From Candidatus Eiseniibacteriota bacterium (GTDB lineage: Bacteria > Eisenbacteria > RBG-16-71-46 > CAZAMP01): a DNA stretch of 64,000 nucleotides. Where the stretch lies: NCBI GenBank assembly GCA_965224245.1, contig OZ245046.1:832001-896000 (forward strand). Direction: 5' to 3'. The notes below the pieces were generated by a model. That model worked only from the letters and a program-made list of their open reading frames with translations. It searched no databases and was not told the origin of the DNA. A program made the position numbers and the translations under genes. The first letter of the stretch is position 1. Each line of letters begins with the position of its first letter. Positions 20,248 through 30,843 of this stretch are shown piece by piece.

Positions 20248-21384
20248 ATGTTCGAGCTGACCGACGACCAGCGCATGCTCAAGGACATGATCCGCGAGTT
20301 CTGCGAGAAGGAGATTGCGCCCCACGCAAAGGCCTGGGACGAGGCCGAGGAGACGCCGACCGACGTGATCCACAAGCTCGCCGATCTCGGGCTGTGGGGC
20401 ATGCAGATCCCCGAGGAGTACGGCGGCGCGGGGCTGCCGTTCCCGTCGTTCATGATCGCCGTCGAGGAGCTCTCGCGCTGGTCGGCCTCGGTGGCGATCG
20501 CGGTCTGCGTGCACAACTCGGTCGGATCGGGACCGCTTCTCCTGTACGGATCGGACGAGCAGAAGGCGCGGTTCCTGCCCGAGCTGGCCACGTCGAAGCT
20601 CGCGTGCTTCTGCCTGACCGAGCCCAACGCGGGCTCCGACGCGGGCGCCCTGCTCTCGACGGCCGTGCTCGAGGGCGACACGTACGTCCTGAACGGCGTG
20701 AAGATCTACGTGACGAACGGCGACATCGCCGACTACTTCATGGTGTTCGCGAAGACCGACCCCGACGCGGGCAAGAAGGGCATCTCGGCGTTCATTCTCG
20801 ATCGCGACACGCCCGGGCTCAGCCTCGGCACCAAGGAGAAGAAGATGGGGCTCAAGGCGTCGGGCACGATGGAGGTGCTCCTGGAGGACGCCGAGGTCCC
20901 CGCCGATCGCCTCGTCGGGCCGGAAGGGCGGGGGTTCCGGGTCGCACTCAGCTCGCTGGACGGCGGACGGATCGGGGTCGGCGCGCAGGCGCACGGGGTC
21001 GCCCGGGCGGCCTACGAGGAGGCGCGGCGCTACGTCACCGAGCGTGAGGCGTTCGGCCGGACGCTGGCCCACTTCCAGGGAATCCAGTGGAAGCTGGCCG
21101 ACATGGCGCTCCAGATGGACGCGGCGTGGCTGTTGATCATGCGCGCGGCTCACCTGAAGGACGCCGGGCATCGCGTCACCAAGGAGGCGGCGATGGCCAA
21201 GCTCCATGCCAGCGAGATGGCCCAGCGCGTGGCGTCGGAAGCGCTTCAGATTCACGGCGGATACGGCTACATTCGCGACTATGCGGTCGAGCGCTACTAC
21301 CGCGATGCCCGGGTGATGGCGCTCTACGAGGGAACGAGCGAGATCCAGCGCCACGTCATCGCGCGAGAGCTCTTGCGCGACTGA
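20248..21384 (+). CDS. acyl-CoA dehydrogenase
   Basis: [40 protein letters not shown]. Confidence 0.95.
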   Translation: MFELTDDQRMLKDMIREFCEKEIAPHAKAWDEAEETPTDVIHKLADLGLWGMQIPEEYGGAGLPFPSFMIAVEELSRWSASVAIAVCVHNSVGSGPLLLYGSDEQKARFLPELATSKLACFCLTEPNAGSDAGALLSTAVLEGDTYVLNGVKIYVTNGDIADYFMVFAKTDPDAGKKGISAFILDRDTPGLSLGTKEKKMGLKASGTMEVLLEDAEVPADRLVGPEGRGFRVALSSLDGGRIGVGAQAHGVARAAYEEARRYVTEREAFGRTLAHFQGIQWKLADMALQMDAAWLLIMRAAHLKDAGHRVTKEAAMAKLHASEMAQRVASEALQIHGGYGYIRDYAVERYYRDARVMALYEGTSEIQRHVIARELLRD

Positions 21385-21524
21385 GACGCCGCCGCCGCGC
21401 CGGCGACCGCCACGCCGGCGGGCACTGCGGACGGGCGAACCGCGGGGCGGGGTGTACCGCCCGACACCGACGTGGTCCTGGATGCGCGCACGGAAGCGTC
21501 ACCAACGGTGGGAGGTCAGGTGTG

Positions 21525-21965
21525 ATGAGGCTACGGACGGTCTCGCTATGGCTCGCCTTCGCGGTGCTCCCGCTGACCTCGGCGGTCGGCGAGGCGCGCT
21601 TCGGTCCCCGGGTGGGGCTCACGGTGGATCCGGATCAGGTCCACTTCGGGGCTCACGCCGTGGTCTCGCTGGCCGACGCGTCTCTGCGGTTCCATCCCAA
21701 CTTCGAGATCGGGCTCGGTGACGACGTGACGCTGATCTCGATGAACGCGAACCTCGCGTACCGGTTCTCGCCCTCGGCGTGGCGACCGTTCCTCGGCGGC
21801 GAGATCGGGATCATCCGCTACGAGGCCGACTTCTACGACGACACGGACATCGGCGTGAGCCTCGTCGGAGGGTTCGAGCGCTCGTCGGAAGCGCTGTTCT
21901 TCGAGGCCAGGGTGGGCCTCGCCGACGCCCCCGACGTGAAGGTCACGGTGGGCTGGGTGCTCTGA
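21525..21965 (+). CDS. small outer-membrane beta-barrel-like protein
   Basis: Signal peptide, alternating amphipathic strands, aromatic-rich end VKVTVGWVL. Confidence 0.7.
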   Translation: MRLRTVSLWLAFAVLPLTSAVGEARFGPRVGLTVDPDQVHFGAHAVVSLADASLRFHPNFEIGLGDDVTLISMNANLAYRFSPSAWRPFLGGEIGIIRYEADFYDDTDIGVSLVGGFERSSEALFFEARVGLADAPDVKVTVGWVL

Positions 21966-22067
21966 TTCGCCGAGGCCGGCGCAGCGAGCGAGGATGTCGC
22001 GCCGACCGGTTGCGCCGCCGGCTCGGGCCGTCTCGCCGGCCCGCTCGGGGGACGCGTCCCCACGGAG

Positions 22068-23258
22068 TCATCTCAGTGCCCGGCGGAGATCGCCGGCCAG
22101 CGCGCCACGCCGACCGACTCGCACGTCTCCGAGCTCGAGCCACGCGGCGAACCGACGCAGCTCGGCGGCCAGCGTGCCGGCGACGCGCCCGCGATCCGGG
22201 TCCGCCTCGACGAACGCCCCGCGCACGAGAAGTGTCCCCGTCGCCCGGTCGGCCTTCAGGTCGACGCGGGCGACCAGCTCACCGTCGAGGAGGAACGGGA
22301 ACACGTAGTACCCGAACTTCCGCCTGGGCTCGGGGACGTAGATCTCGATGCGGTAGTGGAAGCCGAAGAGCCGCTCCGTTCGCGGGCGGCACCAGATCAA
22401 CGGATCGAACGGACACAGGAGCGTCCCGCCCCGGATCGTTCGGGGGCAGGTGGCCCCCGGATCGAGATACACCGGACCGGTCCAGCCGTCCACGTCGACC
22501 TCCTCGATCTCGCCGGCCGCCGCCAGCTCGGCGAGGATCGGGCGGGCCACCGGGGTCCGGATCCGGTAGTAGTCGGCCAGATCGGCGACGGTGCCGATGC
22601 CGTGGTGGCGCACCGCCAGTCGCAAGAGCTCGCGCTGAGCGTCCGCGGCGGGCACGGCCGACCCGTTCAGCAGTGGCGCCGGGATCACGCGGTCGGGCAC
22701 GTCGTAGAAGCGGGTGAAGTTCTCGCGCCGGGCCACCGTGACGTCACCCGTCATGAAGTGCCACTCCAGCGCGGCCTTGCCGCGGCTGTATCCCCACCAC
22801 GGTCCCGTGCGCCCACCGGGATCGGAGAGGCCCCCTGCGGTGAGTGGGCCCACGCGGCGCACCTCGTCCAGCACCGACTCGAGATAGCCCCGTCCCTCGG
22901 CCAGGAGCTGCCGGACGTGTCCCCACGGCCGGGCCGCGGCCATGCGGTGGCGGAAGAGCGGATAGCGCTCGATCGGAATCAACGATGCCTCGTGCCCCCA
23001 GTACTCGAAGAGCTCGCGGCGATCGTAGGCCAGGCGGTCGATCCCGTCGCGCGGGTACGGCCCCAGGCGCGAGTAGATCGGGACGTAGTGCGCGCGCGTG
23101 GCCACGTTCACCGAGTCGAGCTGGATCAGCCCCACCCGATCGAGGACGCGGCGCAGATGGCGGACGTCGACGCGTCCCCGCGGCCGCGGGTCGGCGAAGC
23201 CCTGGGCCGCGAGCGCGATCCGGCGGGCCTGGTGATCGGCGATGCGACGTCGCTTCAT
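22068..23258 (-). CDS. YcaQ/AlkZ-family winged-helix DNA glycosylase (crosslink repair)
   Basis: ARRIALAAQG, IQLDSVNV (QxD), LFEYWGHEAS, LLCPFDPLIW, YRIEIYVP..RKFGYY. Confidence 0.9.
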   Translation of the reverse strand: MKRRRIADHQARRIALAAQGFADPRPRGRVDVRHLRRVLDRVGLIQLDSVNVATRAHYVPIYSRLGPYPRDGIDRLAYDRRELFEYWGHEASLIPIERYPLFRHRMAAARPWGHVRQLLAEGRGYLESVLDEVRRVGPLTAGGLSDPGGRTGPWWGYSRGKAALEWHFMTGDVTVARRENFTRFYDVPDRVIPAPLLNGSAVPAADAQRELLRLAVRHHGIGTVADLADYYRIRTPVARPILAELAAAGEIEEVDVDGWTGPVYLDPGATCPRTIRGGTLLCPFDPLIWCRPRTERLFGFHYRIEIYVPEPRRKFGYYVFPFLLDGELVARVDLKADRATGTLLVRGAFVEADPDRGRVAGTLAAELRRFAAWLELGDVRVGRRGALAGDLRRALR

Positions 23259-23330
23259 GCGGGCTCGATCTGGTGGCATACTCCGCACCGTTCGCGTGTG
23301 TTCGGCGACACCCACCCCGAGAGGTGCTCG

Positions 23331-24539
23331 ATGACGATTGGAACCTCCGACGCACGCGTGCGTCGCCTTCAGGGCTGGACCCGCGATGCCGGCGTGGACG
23401 GGTGGCTGCTCTACGACTTCCGGGGCACGAACCCGCTGGCCATGCAGGCGCTCGCGCTGGACCCGGGAGGGCATCGGTCGCGTCGCTGGTTCTACTGGAT
23501 CCCCGCCGACGGCGATCCGGTCGGCATCGTACACCGAATCGAGGCCGGATCGCTCGGTCCTCTGCCGGGTGCTCGGCGCCCGTATTCCGAGTACACCGAG
23601 CTGGTCGCGGCCGTGCACGACGTGCTCCGGGGCGCGCGGCGAATCGCGATGGAGTACGCGCCAGAGGGCCGCAACCCCTACGTCAGCACCGTGGACGCCG
23701 GCACGATCGAGCTGGTGCGCGGGGCCGGGGTCGAGGTCCTGAGCTCGGCCGATCTCGTGCAGCAGGCGGTGGCCGTGTGGCCCGAGCACGCGTACCCGCT
23801 GTACCGCCAGGCGGCCGAGGCGCTGATCACGATCAAGTCCCAGGCCTGGGACGAGGTGTCGTCGGCGTTCCGCGACGGGCGCACGATCACCGAGCAGGAC
23901 GTCGCCCGCTTCGTCATGTCGCGGATGGACGCGGCCGGCCTCGTGGTCGACACCCCGATCGTCGGGGTCGGGGCGCACGCGGCCAATCCGCACTACGACA
24001 CCCTGGCCGCTCCCGACACGCCGATCGTGCCCGGTACGTGCCTCCTGATCGATCTCTTCGCCAAGGTGGATGCCCCGGACGCGCCGGTGGCCGACTTCAC
24101 CTACATGGCGTGGACCGGTCCCGAGCCGAGCGAGACGTTTCGCGAGATCTGGTCGGTCGCCCGCGACGCGCGCGACGCGGCGCTCGTGCGGATCCGCTCC
24201 GCAGTCGCGGCGGGGGCCGACCTCGAGGGCTGGGAGGTGGACGACGCCGCGCGCCACGTGATCGACGAGGCCGGGTACGGGGAGCACTTCGTCCACCGGA
24301 CTGGACACAGCCTCGGCACCGAGGCGCACGGCCCGGGCGTCAACGCCGACGGCTACGAGATCCGCGACGAGCGACGTCTGATCCCGGGCATCGCATTGAC
24401 CGTCGAGCCGGGCATCTACCTCGACTCGATCGGGGTGCGGACCGAGGTGAACGTCCACGTCCACGCCGGCCGCGTGGAGGTGTTCGAGACCCCGCCGCAG
24501 CGCGAGCCGGCGATCATCACCGCCGAAGGGATTCGCTAG
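23331..24539 (+). CDS. M24 family Xaa-Pro aminopeptidase
   Basis: WLLYDFRGTNP, ANPHY, DLFAK..DFT, HRTGHSLG..HG, EPGIY, GVRTE. Confidence 0.9.
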   Translation: MTIGTSDARVRRLQGWTRDAGVDGWLLYDFRGTNPLAMQALALDPGGHRSRRWFYWIPADGDPVGIVHRIEAGSLGPLPGARRPYSEYTELVAAVHDVLRGARRIAMEYAPEGRNPYVSTVDAGTIELVRGAGVEVLSSADLVQQAVAVWPEHAYPLYRQAAEALITIKSQAWDEVSSAFRDGRTITEQDVARFVMSRMDAAGLVVDTPIVGVGAHAANPHYDTLAAPDTPIVPGTCLLIDLFAKVDAPDAPVADFTYMAWTGPEPSETFREIWSVARDARDAALVRIRSAVAAGADLEGWEVDDAARHVIDEAGYGEHFVHRTGHSLGTEAHGPGVNADGYEIRDERRLIPGIALTVEPGIYLDSIGVRTEVNVHVHAGRVEVFETPPQREPAIITAEGIR

Positions 24540-26443
24540 CCGGCGCGCGACATCGCCGCGCGAAGTCGGGGCACCAGCAACCGGTGCAAGGGCTCGTAGA
24601 CCCGCAGCCAGTAGATGTTGCGGACGGCGCCGAACGCTCCCGGGAACTCCGCCATCGCCCGCGCGTAGGCGTCCCGGTCCGCGCGCATCACCGCCACGAA
24701 GGCCAGCTCGCGCCCGATGGCATTGCGCTCCGGCTCGGGCCGGGAGCTGTGTCGCTCGACGAACCGGTGCGCGTAGAGGGCGCGGTACGAGGTCGCCGAC
24801 GGTGTCGGCGCCGCGAAGACCGCGATCGACTCGCCGGGCACCGTCTCCAGCCGGGTGACCGGTACCAGGTGGGCGTAGGCGGAGCCCACCTCGTGTGCGT
24901 CCTCGGAGCGCACGATGACCACGTCGGCCAGCGCGATCGCGTCGGCGCGCGAGATCGTACGGACGTAGCGCCGCCAGCCGGTCCGCCGGTTGTAGCTGTT
25001 GAACCACGAGAGCAGGAAAAAGTCCTCGAACGTCTCGTACCCGGCGTCGATGCCGGGCCAGTCGGCGGGGTCGAGGCACGCGAGGTCCACGATCGCGGCC
25101 GGCCGGAGCTGCCACATGATCGCGACCGCCTCGTTCGGGCGAAAGCCGTCCAGCACGACGTTCTGGTTCATCGCCCAGTGCGTCGGGAGTCCCTCGGGGG
25201 GCGTGGCCGCGTAGCGCGGATCGGATGCCGCCCGCCGGAGGAGCGCCTCGCGCACCATCTCGACGCGCAGCGGACGGTCGAGGAAGTACGGCGCCTCCAC
25301 GACGTGCCCCGTCACGAGCACGTACTGCGCGACCGCGATCACGGCGAGGGCGGCGCGCGAGGCGACGACGCCGACCGTGCCGCGCACGCGATCCAGCGCC
25401 AGGCCGATCAGGAGCGCCAGGGGCACGATCGACGGCGCCACGTAGCGCGGCTCCTTCACCGGCTGCGCGATCAGGATCAGGAGGGGACCGAGCGCCCAGA
25501 GCCAGAGGTCGAGCGTACGCTGATCGGTCCGTGCGCGCCGCCACGTGACGACCACGGCCACGACGACGAGCGGCGACAGCACGAGCAGCTGCGAGCGCAC
25601 GACGTCCCGGAGGTAGTACGTGATCGAGTCCAGCGACAGGACGTCGTGCGGACCCACCAGCCGCATGATCGGAATGGCCGTGTTGCCGACGGTCAGCACG
25701 TACTCGAGCGCACGCGGGAACAGCGCGGCGGCGATGCCGGCGGCGATCGCGCCACCGCCCGCGAGCGCACCGAGGAGCAACACGGCGCGCCGGCGGGACC
25801 CCGGCGGCCGGTCGGGATCGCCGGCGTCCGGCTCGAGCGCGCGGCGCGGTCTCGTGCGTCCCCGCGCCGTGCGTACGAGCCCGGCCGCGATCGGCAGCGC
25901 CAGGTGAACGGGAAAGACGATCTTCAGCGAGATGCCCGCGGCGACGGCGGCCCCGAGCGCGATCGCATCCCGTGTGGCGCCCGAGTCGAGGGCGCGTCGC
26001 CAGAGCCAGTACGTCAGGGCCACCCACGCGGTGAGCGCGAGCTCGACGTACAGCGATCGGGAGAGCCCGATGATCACCGGCGCTCCGAACACCACGAGCG
26101 AAAGGAGCCAGAGCGGCGTGCGGATCCCGTGCTGCCGCCGGAGAAGCCCGAGGGCGAGCATCCCGAGCGCCATCCAGCCGAGCTCGGTCACGAGCGCCGC
26201 GGGGATCGTGGGGGCGATCGCCAGCGCCGGCAGGAGGAGAAACGGGTAGACCGTGGGCAGCCCAAACTCCCGGGGCGCGCGGGTGCCGTCGAGCACGCCG
26301 GTCGCGAAGCCGAAGTACTGGGAGGGATCCATCCACGTGAAGGCGTCGCGGGCCTGCACGTCCAGCACCAGGTCCACGGCGAGCAACGTCGCGACGACGG
26401 CGAGAAGGAGGGCGTTTGCGCGGGTCGACGGCCGACGCGCCAC
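24536..26443 (-). CDS. polytopic membrane glycosyltransferase (ArnT/PMT-like, GT-C)
   Basis: About 10 hydrophobic segments, early D..Y, mid K..F and KEPRY motifs; GTG start overlaps the mce stop. Confidence 0.65.
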   Translation of the reverse strand: MARRPSTRANALLLAVVATLLAVDLVLDVQARDAFTWMDPSQYFGFATGVLDGTRAPREFGLPTVYPFLLLPALAIAPTIPAALVTELGWMALGMLALGLLRRQHGIRTPLWLLSLVVFGAPVIIGLSRSLYVELALTAWVALTYWLWRRALDSGATRDAIALGAAVAAGISLKIVFPVHLALPIAAGLVRTARGRTRPRRALEPDAGDPDRPPGSRRRAVLLLGALAGGGAIAAGIAAALFPRALEYVLTVGNTAIPIMRLVGPHDVLSLDSITYYLRDVVRSQLLVLSPLVVVAVVVTWRRARTDQRTLDLWLWALGPLLILIAQPVKEPRYVAPSIVPLALLIGLALDRVRGTVGVVASRAALAVIAVAQYVLVTGHVVEAPYFLDRPLRVEMVREALLRRAASDPRYAATPPEGLPTHWAMNQNVVLDGFRPNEAVAIMWQLRPAAIVDLACLDPADWPGIDAGYETFEDFFLLSWFNSYNRRTGWRRYVRTISRADAIALADVVIVRSEDAHEVGSAYAHLVPVTRLETVPGESIAVFAAPTPSATSYRALYAHRFVERHSSRPEPERNAIGRELAFVAVMRADRDAYARAMAEFPGAFGAVRNIYWLRVYEPLHRLLVPRLRAAMSRAG

Positions 26444-26868
26444 TACGTCCCCTTTCCTGGGGCTTCGGAGTCGGAGTCCTCGGACAGCTCGACGAGGACG
26501 CCGCCGGTGGACTTCGGGTGAAGGAAGGCCACCCGCTTGCCCTGCGCGCCGGGCGACGCGCCGTCGCCCACGATCTGGATCCCGTGCTCGCGGCAGCGCT
26601 CGAGCATCTCGTCGAGGCCCTCGACGTCCAGGCACACGTGATGGATGCCCTCGCCGCGCCTGGCGATGTACGTGGCGATCGGGGTGTCGTCGGTCAGGCT
26701 CTGGATCAGCTCGACGTGCGCGTCGCCGGCGCGGGCGAAGATCGTCTGCAGGTGCCGGTCCTCGAGCACCTCGCGACCGTCGTCGTCGAGCCCGAGCACG
26801 TCGATGAACGTGCGGGCCGCCTTTTCGGCGTCGCGCACCGCGACCCCGATGTGCGCCAGGCGCTTCAC
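26443..26868 (-). CDS. mce: methylmalonyl-CoA epimerase
   Basis: HIGVAV, VELIQ, GEGIHHVCLDV, VAFLHPKSTGGVLVEL. Confidence 0.95.
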   Translation of the reverse strand: MKRLAHIGVAVRDAEKAARTFIDVLGLDDDGREVLEDRHLQTIFARAGDAHVELIQSLTDDTPIATYIARRGEGIHHVCLDVEGLDEMLERCREHGIQIVGDGASPGAQGKRVAFLHPKSTGGVLVELSEDSDSEAPGKGT

Positions 26869-26870
26869 CC

Positions 26871-27413
26871 TCACGACGTCGCCTCCGGCTCGCGCGAGAT
26901 CACGACGAGCGCCTGGTTGCGCTCGACGCTCTGGCCGGTCTCGACGAGGATCCTGGCCACCCGCCCCGCGGCCTTCGGGGCGAACTCGTTTCGCATCTTC
27001 ATGGCCTCCACGATGACGATGGCCTCGCCGGCGGCGACCTCGTCGCCCTCCTTCGCCTTGATGTCGACGACGACGCCGGGCATCGGCACCTTGATCGTCT
27101 CCTCGGTCGCCGCCGCGCCGCCGCCGTGGAGCCGCTTCAGCCCCGCGCGGAGCGCGTCCTCGACCTCGATGTCGAACGTCTCGCCGAGGATCGAGACCTG
27201 ATAGCCTGCGGGGGTGCGCGCGGGCCAGGCCTCGACCGAGAGGTTCCGGTGGCTCGTGATCAGCATCGAGAGCGCGCCGGCGCCGTTGGCGGGGTCGGTC
27301 ACGTCCACGACGTACTCCCGATCGTCGATCCACACGATGTAGTCGTGCTCCTCACGACTCACGCGGACGCGGTGCTCGGTGCCGCCCACGTCCATGACGA
27401 GCGTCATCTCCAT
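26871..27413 (-). CDS. biotin carboxyl carrier subunit of an acyl-CoA carboxylase
   Basis: PMPGVVV and EAMKM biotinylation motif. Confidence 0.93.
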   Translation of the reverse strand: MEMTLVMDVGGTEHRVRVSREEHDYIVWIDDREYVVDVTDPANGAGALSMLITSHRNLSVEAWPARTPAGYQVSILGETFDIEVEDALRAGLKRLHGGGAAATEETIKVPMPGVVVDIKAKEGDEVAAGEAIVIVEAMKMRNEFAPKAAGRVARILVETGQSVERNQALVVISREPEATS

Positions 27414-28891
27414 CGTCCGCCCCCGAGCTTCCAGACCGACGGCACCTGACCCTCCTTGGGTTCGCGAACGCGCCGGCGGTCCTCGTAGGCCCGAACCGCG
27501 GCCGCGATGAGCGCGCCACGCAGGTGCGTCGGCTCGCTGACGAGGCTCTCCGGCGAGTAGTGGTCCTCGATGAACGACGTGGAGAAATCACCCGACACGA
27601 AGACCGGGTGCTCCAGCGCCCATGTGTGAAAGTCGGCGTTCGTGATCACGCCGGCCAGGCGGAACTCCTGGAGCGCCACGCGCAGCCGCGTGCGGGCCTC
27701 GTCGCGGGTGGTGCCCCAGGCGATGATTTTCCCGAGCATCGGATCGTAGTGGATCGGCACCTCGTTGCCCGGAAGCACGCCGAAGTCGGACCGCACGAAC
27801 GGTCCGCCGGGGAGCCGGAGGTCGGTCACCGTGCCGGTGCACGGCATGAAGCCGGTCGTGGGATCTTCGGCCGTGATGCGGCACTCCATCGCGGCGCCCC
27901 GCATCAGGACGTCCTCCTGCGCGTAGCCCAGCGGCTCGCCGGCCGCGACCCGGATCTGCTCGCGCACGAGATCCAGACCCGTGGCCCACTCGGTCACCGG
28001 ATGCTCGACCTGAAGACGCGCGTTGACCTCGAGGAAGTGGAACCGCCCCCCGGGCTCGAGCAGGAACTCGACCGTGCCCGCGCCCACGTAGCCGGCCTCG
28101 CGCGCGATGGCGACCGCGGCGGCCCCCATCTTCTGGCGCAGCTCGGCGTCGACGGCGGGGGAGGGGGTCTCCTCGATCAGCTTCTGATGACGGCGCTGGA
28201 CCGAGCAGTCGCGCTCGCCCAGCCAGACGCAGCTCCCGTGGGCGTCGGCCAGGATCTGGACCTCGACGTGCCGCGGGTGCTCGATGAACCGCTCGAGGTA
28301 CAGCGTCGGGTTCGAGAAGGCCGCCGAGGCCTCGCCGCGCGTCAGGTCGATCGCCGACGCGAGCTCGGCGCCGTCGCGCACGATGCGCATGCCCTTGCCG
28401 CCGCCCCCGCCGGCCGCCTTGAGCATGATCGGATACCCGAGCGCGTCGCCCATCGCCACGGCCTCGTCGCGCGTGTCCGCAAGCGGGCCGGCCCCCGGGA
28501 CGCACGGGGCCCCCGCGCGCGCCGCGGTCTCCCGGGCGACCAGCTTGTCGCCGAGCGCGGCGATGACCCGCGAGGGCGGGCCGATGAACGTGATCCCGGC
28601 CTTCTCGCACGCCGCGGCGAACCCGGCGTTCTCGGACAGGAAGCCGTAGCCGGGGTGGATGGCCCCCGCGCCGGCCCGGCGGGCCACGTCGATGATCGTG
28701 TCGATGCTGAGGTAGCTCTCGGAGCTGGGGGCGGGGCCGAGGCGATGCGCCTCGTTCGCGATCCGGACGTGGTGCGCCGCGCGGTCGGCGTCGGAGTACA
28801 CGGCGATCGGCGAGATGCCGCACTCGTGCAGGGTCCGCATCACGCGAACGGCGATCTCGCCTCGGTTCGCGACCAGTACCTTGTCGAACAT
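27404..28891 (-). CDS. biotin carboxylase subunit
   Basis: ANRGEIA, HPGYGFLSEN, GGGGKGMR, RDCSVQRRHQK, EVNARLQVEHPVTE. Confidence 0.96.
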   Translation of the reverse strand: MFDKVLVANRGEIAVRVMRTLHECGISPIAVYSDADRAAHHVRIANEAHRLGPAPSSESYLSIDTIIDVARRAGAGAIHPGYGFLSENAGFAAACEKAGITFIGPPSRVIAALGDKLVARETAARAGAPCVPGAGPLADTRDEAVAMGDALGYPIMLKAAGGGGGKGMRIVRDGAELASAIDLTRGEASAAFSNPTLYLERFIEHPRHVEVQILADAHGSCVWLGERDCSVQRRHQKLIEETPSPAVDAELRQKMGAAAVAIAREAGYVGAGTVEFLLEPGGRFHFLEVNARLQVEHPVTEWATGLDLVREQIRVAAGEPLGYAQEDVLMRGAAMECRITAEDPTTGFMPCTGTVTDLRLPGGPFVRSDFGVLPGNEVPIHYDPMLGKIIAWGTTRDEARTRLRVALQEFRLAGVITNADFHTWALEHPVFVSGDFSTSFIEDHYSPESLVSEPTHLRGALIAAAVRAYEDRRRVREPKEGQVPSVWKLGGGRWR

Positions 28892-28909
28892 GGTGTCCTG
28901 CCGATCGTG

Positions 28910-30457
28910 CTACAGCGGAATGTTGCCGTGCTTCTTGGGTGGCAACTCCTGGCGCTTGTTCCGCAAGAACTCCAGGGCCGCGATGAGCCTGGGACGGGTC
29001 TCGCTGGGCTCGATCACGTCGTCGAGATACCCGTGCTCGGCGGCCACGTACGGATTGGCGAACTTCTCGTTGTACTCGTCCACCAGCTCCTTCCGCTTGG
29101 CCACCGGGTCGTCGGCCTCCTCGAGCTCCTTGCGGAAGAGGATGTTGATGGCGCCCTCGGGCCCCATCACGGCGATCTCGGCGGTGGGCCACGCCACGTT
29201 GAAGTCGGCGCGGATGTGCTTGGAGCTCATGACGTCGTAGGCGCCGCCGTAGGCCTTGCGCGTGATGACGGTGAGCTTGGGCACGGTGGCCTCGCAGTAC
29301 GCGAAGAGGAGCTTGGCCCCGTTCGTGATGATCCCGTTCCACTCCTGGTTCGTGCCGGGGAGGAAGCCCGGCACGTCCTCGAACGTGATCAGGGGGATGT
29401 TGAACGCGTCGCAGAACCGCACGAACCGCCCGCCCTTCCGGGACGAGTCGATGTCCAGCACGCCGGCCAGGCTCGCCGGCTGGTTGCAGACGATGCCCAC
29501 CGGGTATCCGTCCAGGCGCGCGAAGCCGACCACGATGTTGGGCGCGTAGCTCTCGTGAACCTCGAAGAAGTCGCCGTCGTCGACGACGTGATGCACGACG
29601 TCGCGAATGTCGTAGGGCTTGTTCGGGTCGGAGGGGACGATCTCGTTCAGCGCCTCTTCCCGGCGGTTCGGAGAGTCGGCCGGGTCGATGCGCGGCGGCT
29701 CCTCCATGTTGTTCGAGGGCAGGAACCCCAGGAGGCGCTTGATCTGGAGCAGGCACTCGACGTCGCTGGGGGCGGTGAAGTGCGCGACGCCGCTCTTGGT
29801 GGCGTGCGTCTCCGCGCCGCCGAGCTCCTCGAACGTGACCTCCTCGCCGGTGACCGTCTTGATCACGTTGGGACCGGTCACGAACATGTGGCTCGTGCCC
29901 TCGACCATGAAGATGAAGTCGGTGATGGCCGGGGAGTAGACCGCGCCGCCGGCGCAGGGCCCCATGACGGCCGAGAGCTGCGGCACGACCCCCGACGCGA
30001 GGGTGTTCCGGAGGAAGATCTCGGCGTAGCCGCCGAGGCTCCGGACGCCCTCCTGGATCCGCGCGCCGCCCGAGTCGTTCAGGCCGATGACGGGCACGCC
30101 GTTCTCGACCGCCAGGTCCATCAGCCCGGTGATCTTGCGCGCGTTGGTCTCCGAGAGCGTGCCCCCGAACACGGTGAAGTCCTGGGCGAACACGGCCACG
30201 CGCCGGCCGTGGACCTGGGCCAGGCCGCAGACCACGCCGTCGCCGGTGATCTTGCGCTCGCCGATGCCGAAGTCGGTGCACTGGTGCGTGACGAAGACCC
30301 CCAGCTCCTGGAAGCTGCCGGGGTCGACCAGCAGGTTGATCCGCTCGCGCGCGGTCAGTCGGCCCGACGCGTGGATCTTCTCCACGCGCTTGGTTCCGCC
30401 GCCGGCCAGCGCCTCGATGCGGCGCCGGCGCAACGTGGTCATGCGATCGTCGCTCAT
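28910..30457 (-). CDS. pccB: propionyl-CoA carboxylase-type carboxyltransferase beta subunit
   Basis: QDFTVFGG, DSGGARIQEG, GPCAGGAVYSPA, DVPGFLPG, RKAYGGAY, KKHGNIPL. Confidence 0.92.
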   Translation of the reverse strand: MSDDRMTTLRRRRIEALAGGGTKRVEKIHASGRLTARERINLLVDPGSFQELGVFVTHQCTDFGIGERKITGDGVVCGLAQVHGRRVAVFAQDFTVFGGTLSETNARKITGLMDLAVENGVPVIGLNDSGGARIQEGVRSLGGYAEIFLRNTLASGVVPQLSAVMGPCAGGAVYSPAITDFIFMVEGTSHMFVTGPNVIKTVTGEEVTFEELGGAETHATKSGVAHFTAPSDVECLLQIKRLLGFLPSNNMEEPPRIDPADSPNRREEALNEIVPSDPNKPYDIRDVVHHVVDDGDFFEVHESYAPNIVVGFARLDGYPVGIVCNQPASLAGVLDIDSSRKGGRFVRFCDAFNIPLITFEDVPGFLPGTNQEWNGIITNGAKLLFAYCEATVPKLTVITRKAYGGAYDVMSSKHIRADFNVAWPTAEIAVMGPEGAINILFRKELEEADDPVAKRKELVDEYNEKFANPYVAAEHGYLDDVIEPSETRPRLIAALEFLRNKRQELPPKKHGNIPL

Positions 30458-30843
30458 GTGACCTTCTCCGGCGCGGACGGGGCGGGAAGGACCCCGTCCT
30501 TCCGATCCGTCCGCCGTCGTGGGGAAGCGGCGACCCTTCGCACGAGCGAGATCGTGAACGGGACGGCCGGCGCGAACGGTCGGTCGGGAACGCGCGTCGT
30601 CGGCGCTCTCGGGAGATTTTGCCGCGCCGAGCAGTGTAGTGAGCCCCCGGGAGGCCGGTCAAACGCTTTTGGGGGTCGGACCGGGCGGCCTCGCGCCGGC
30701 CGCCCGCATCGCCGGGAGCCGGTTGACTCGGCCGACGGGGCCGCCGTAGGCTGGCTGACCTCGTTCGGCGATGGGCGCCGCGGCGCCCGTCGCGCGCGGG
30801 GCGCTCGTGCCCCGACTGGCCGATCGCTGGGAGCGTCGCCGAC

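Noticed and set aside
22068-26336. 1422-aa ORF as a fusion protein
   Set aside because: Only the last ~397 aa (YcaQ-like) are protein-like; the rest overlaps the peptidase and GT-C genes.
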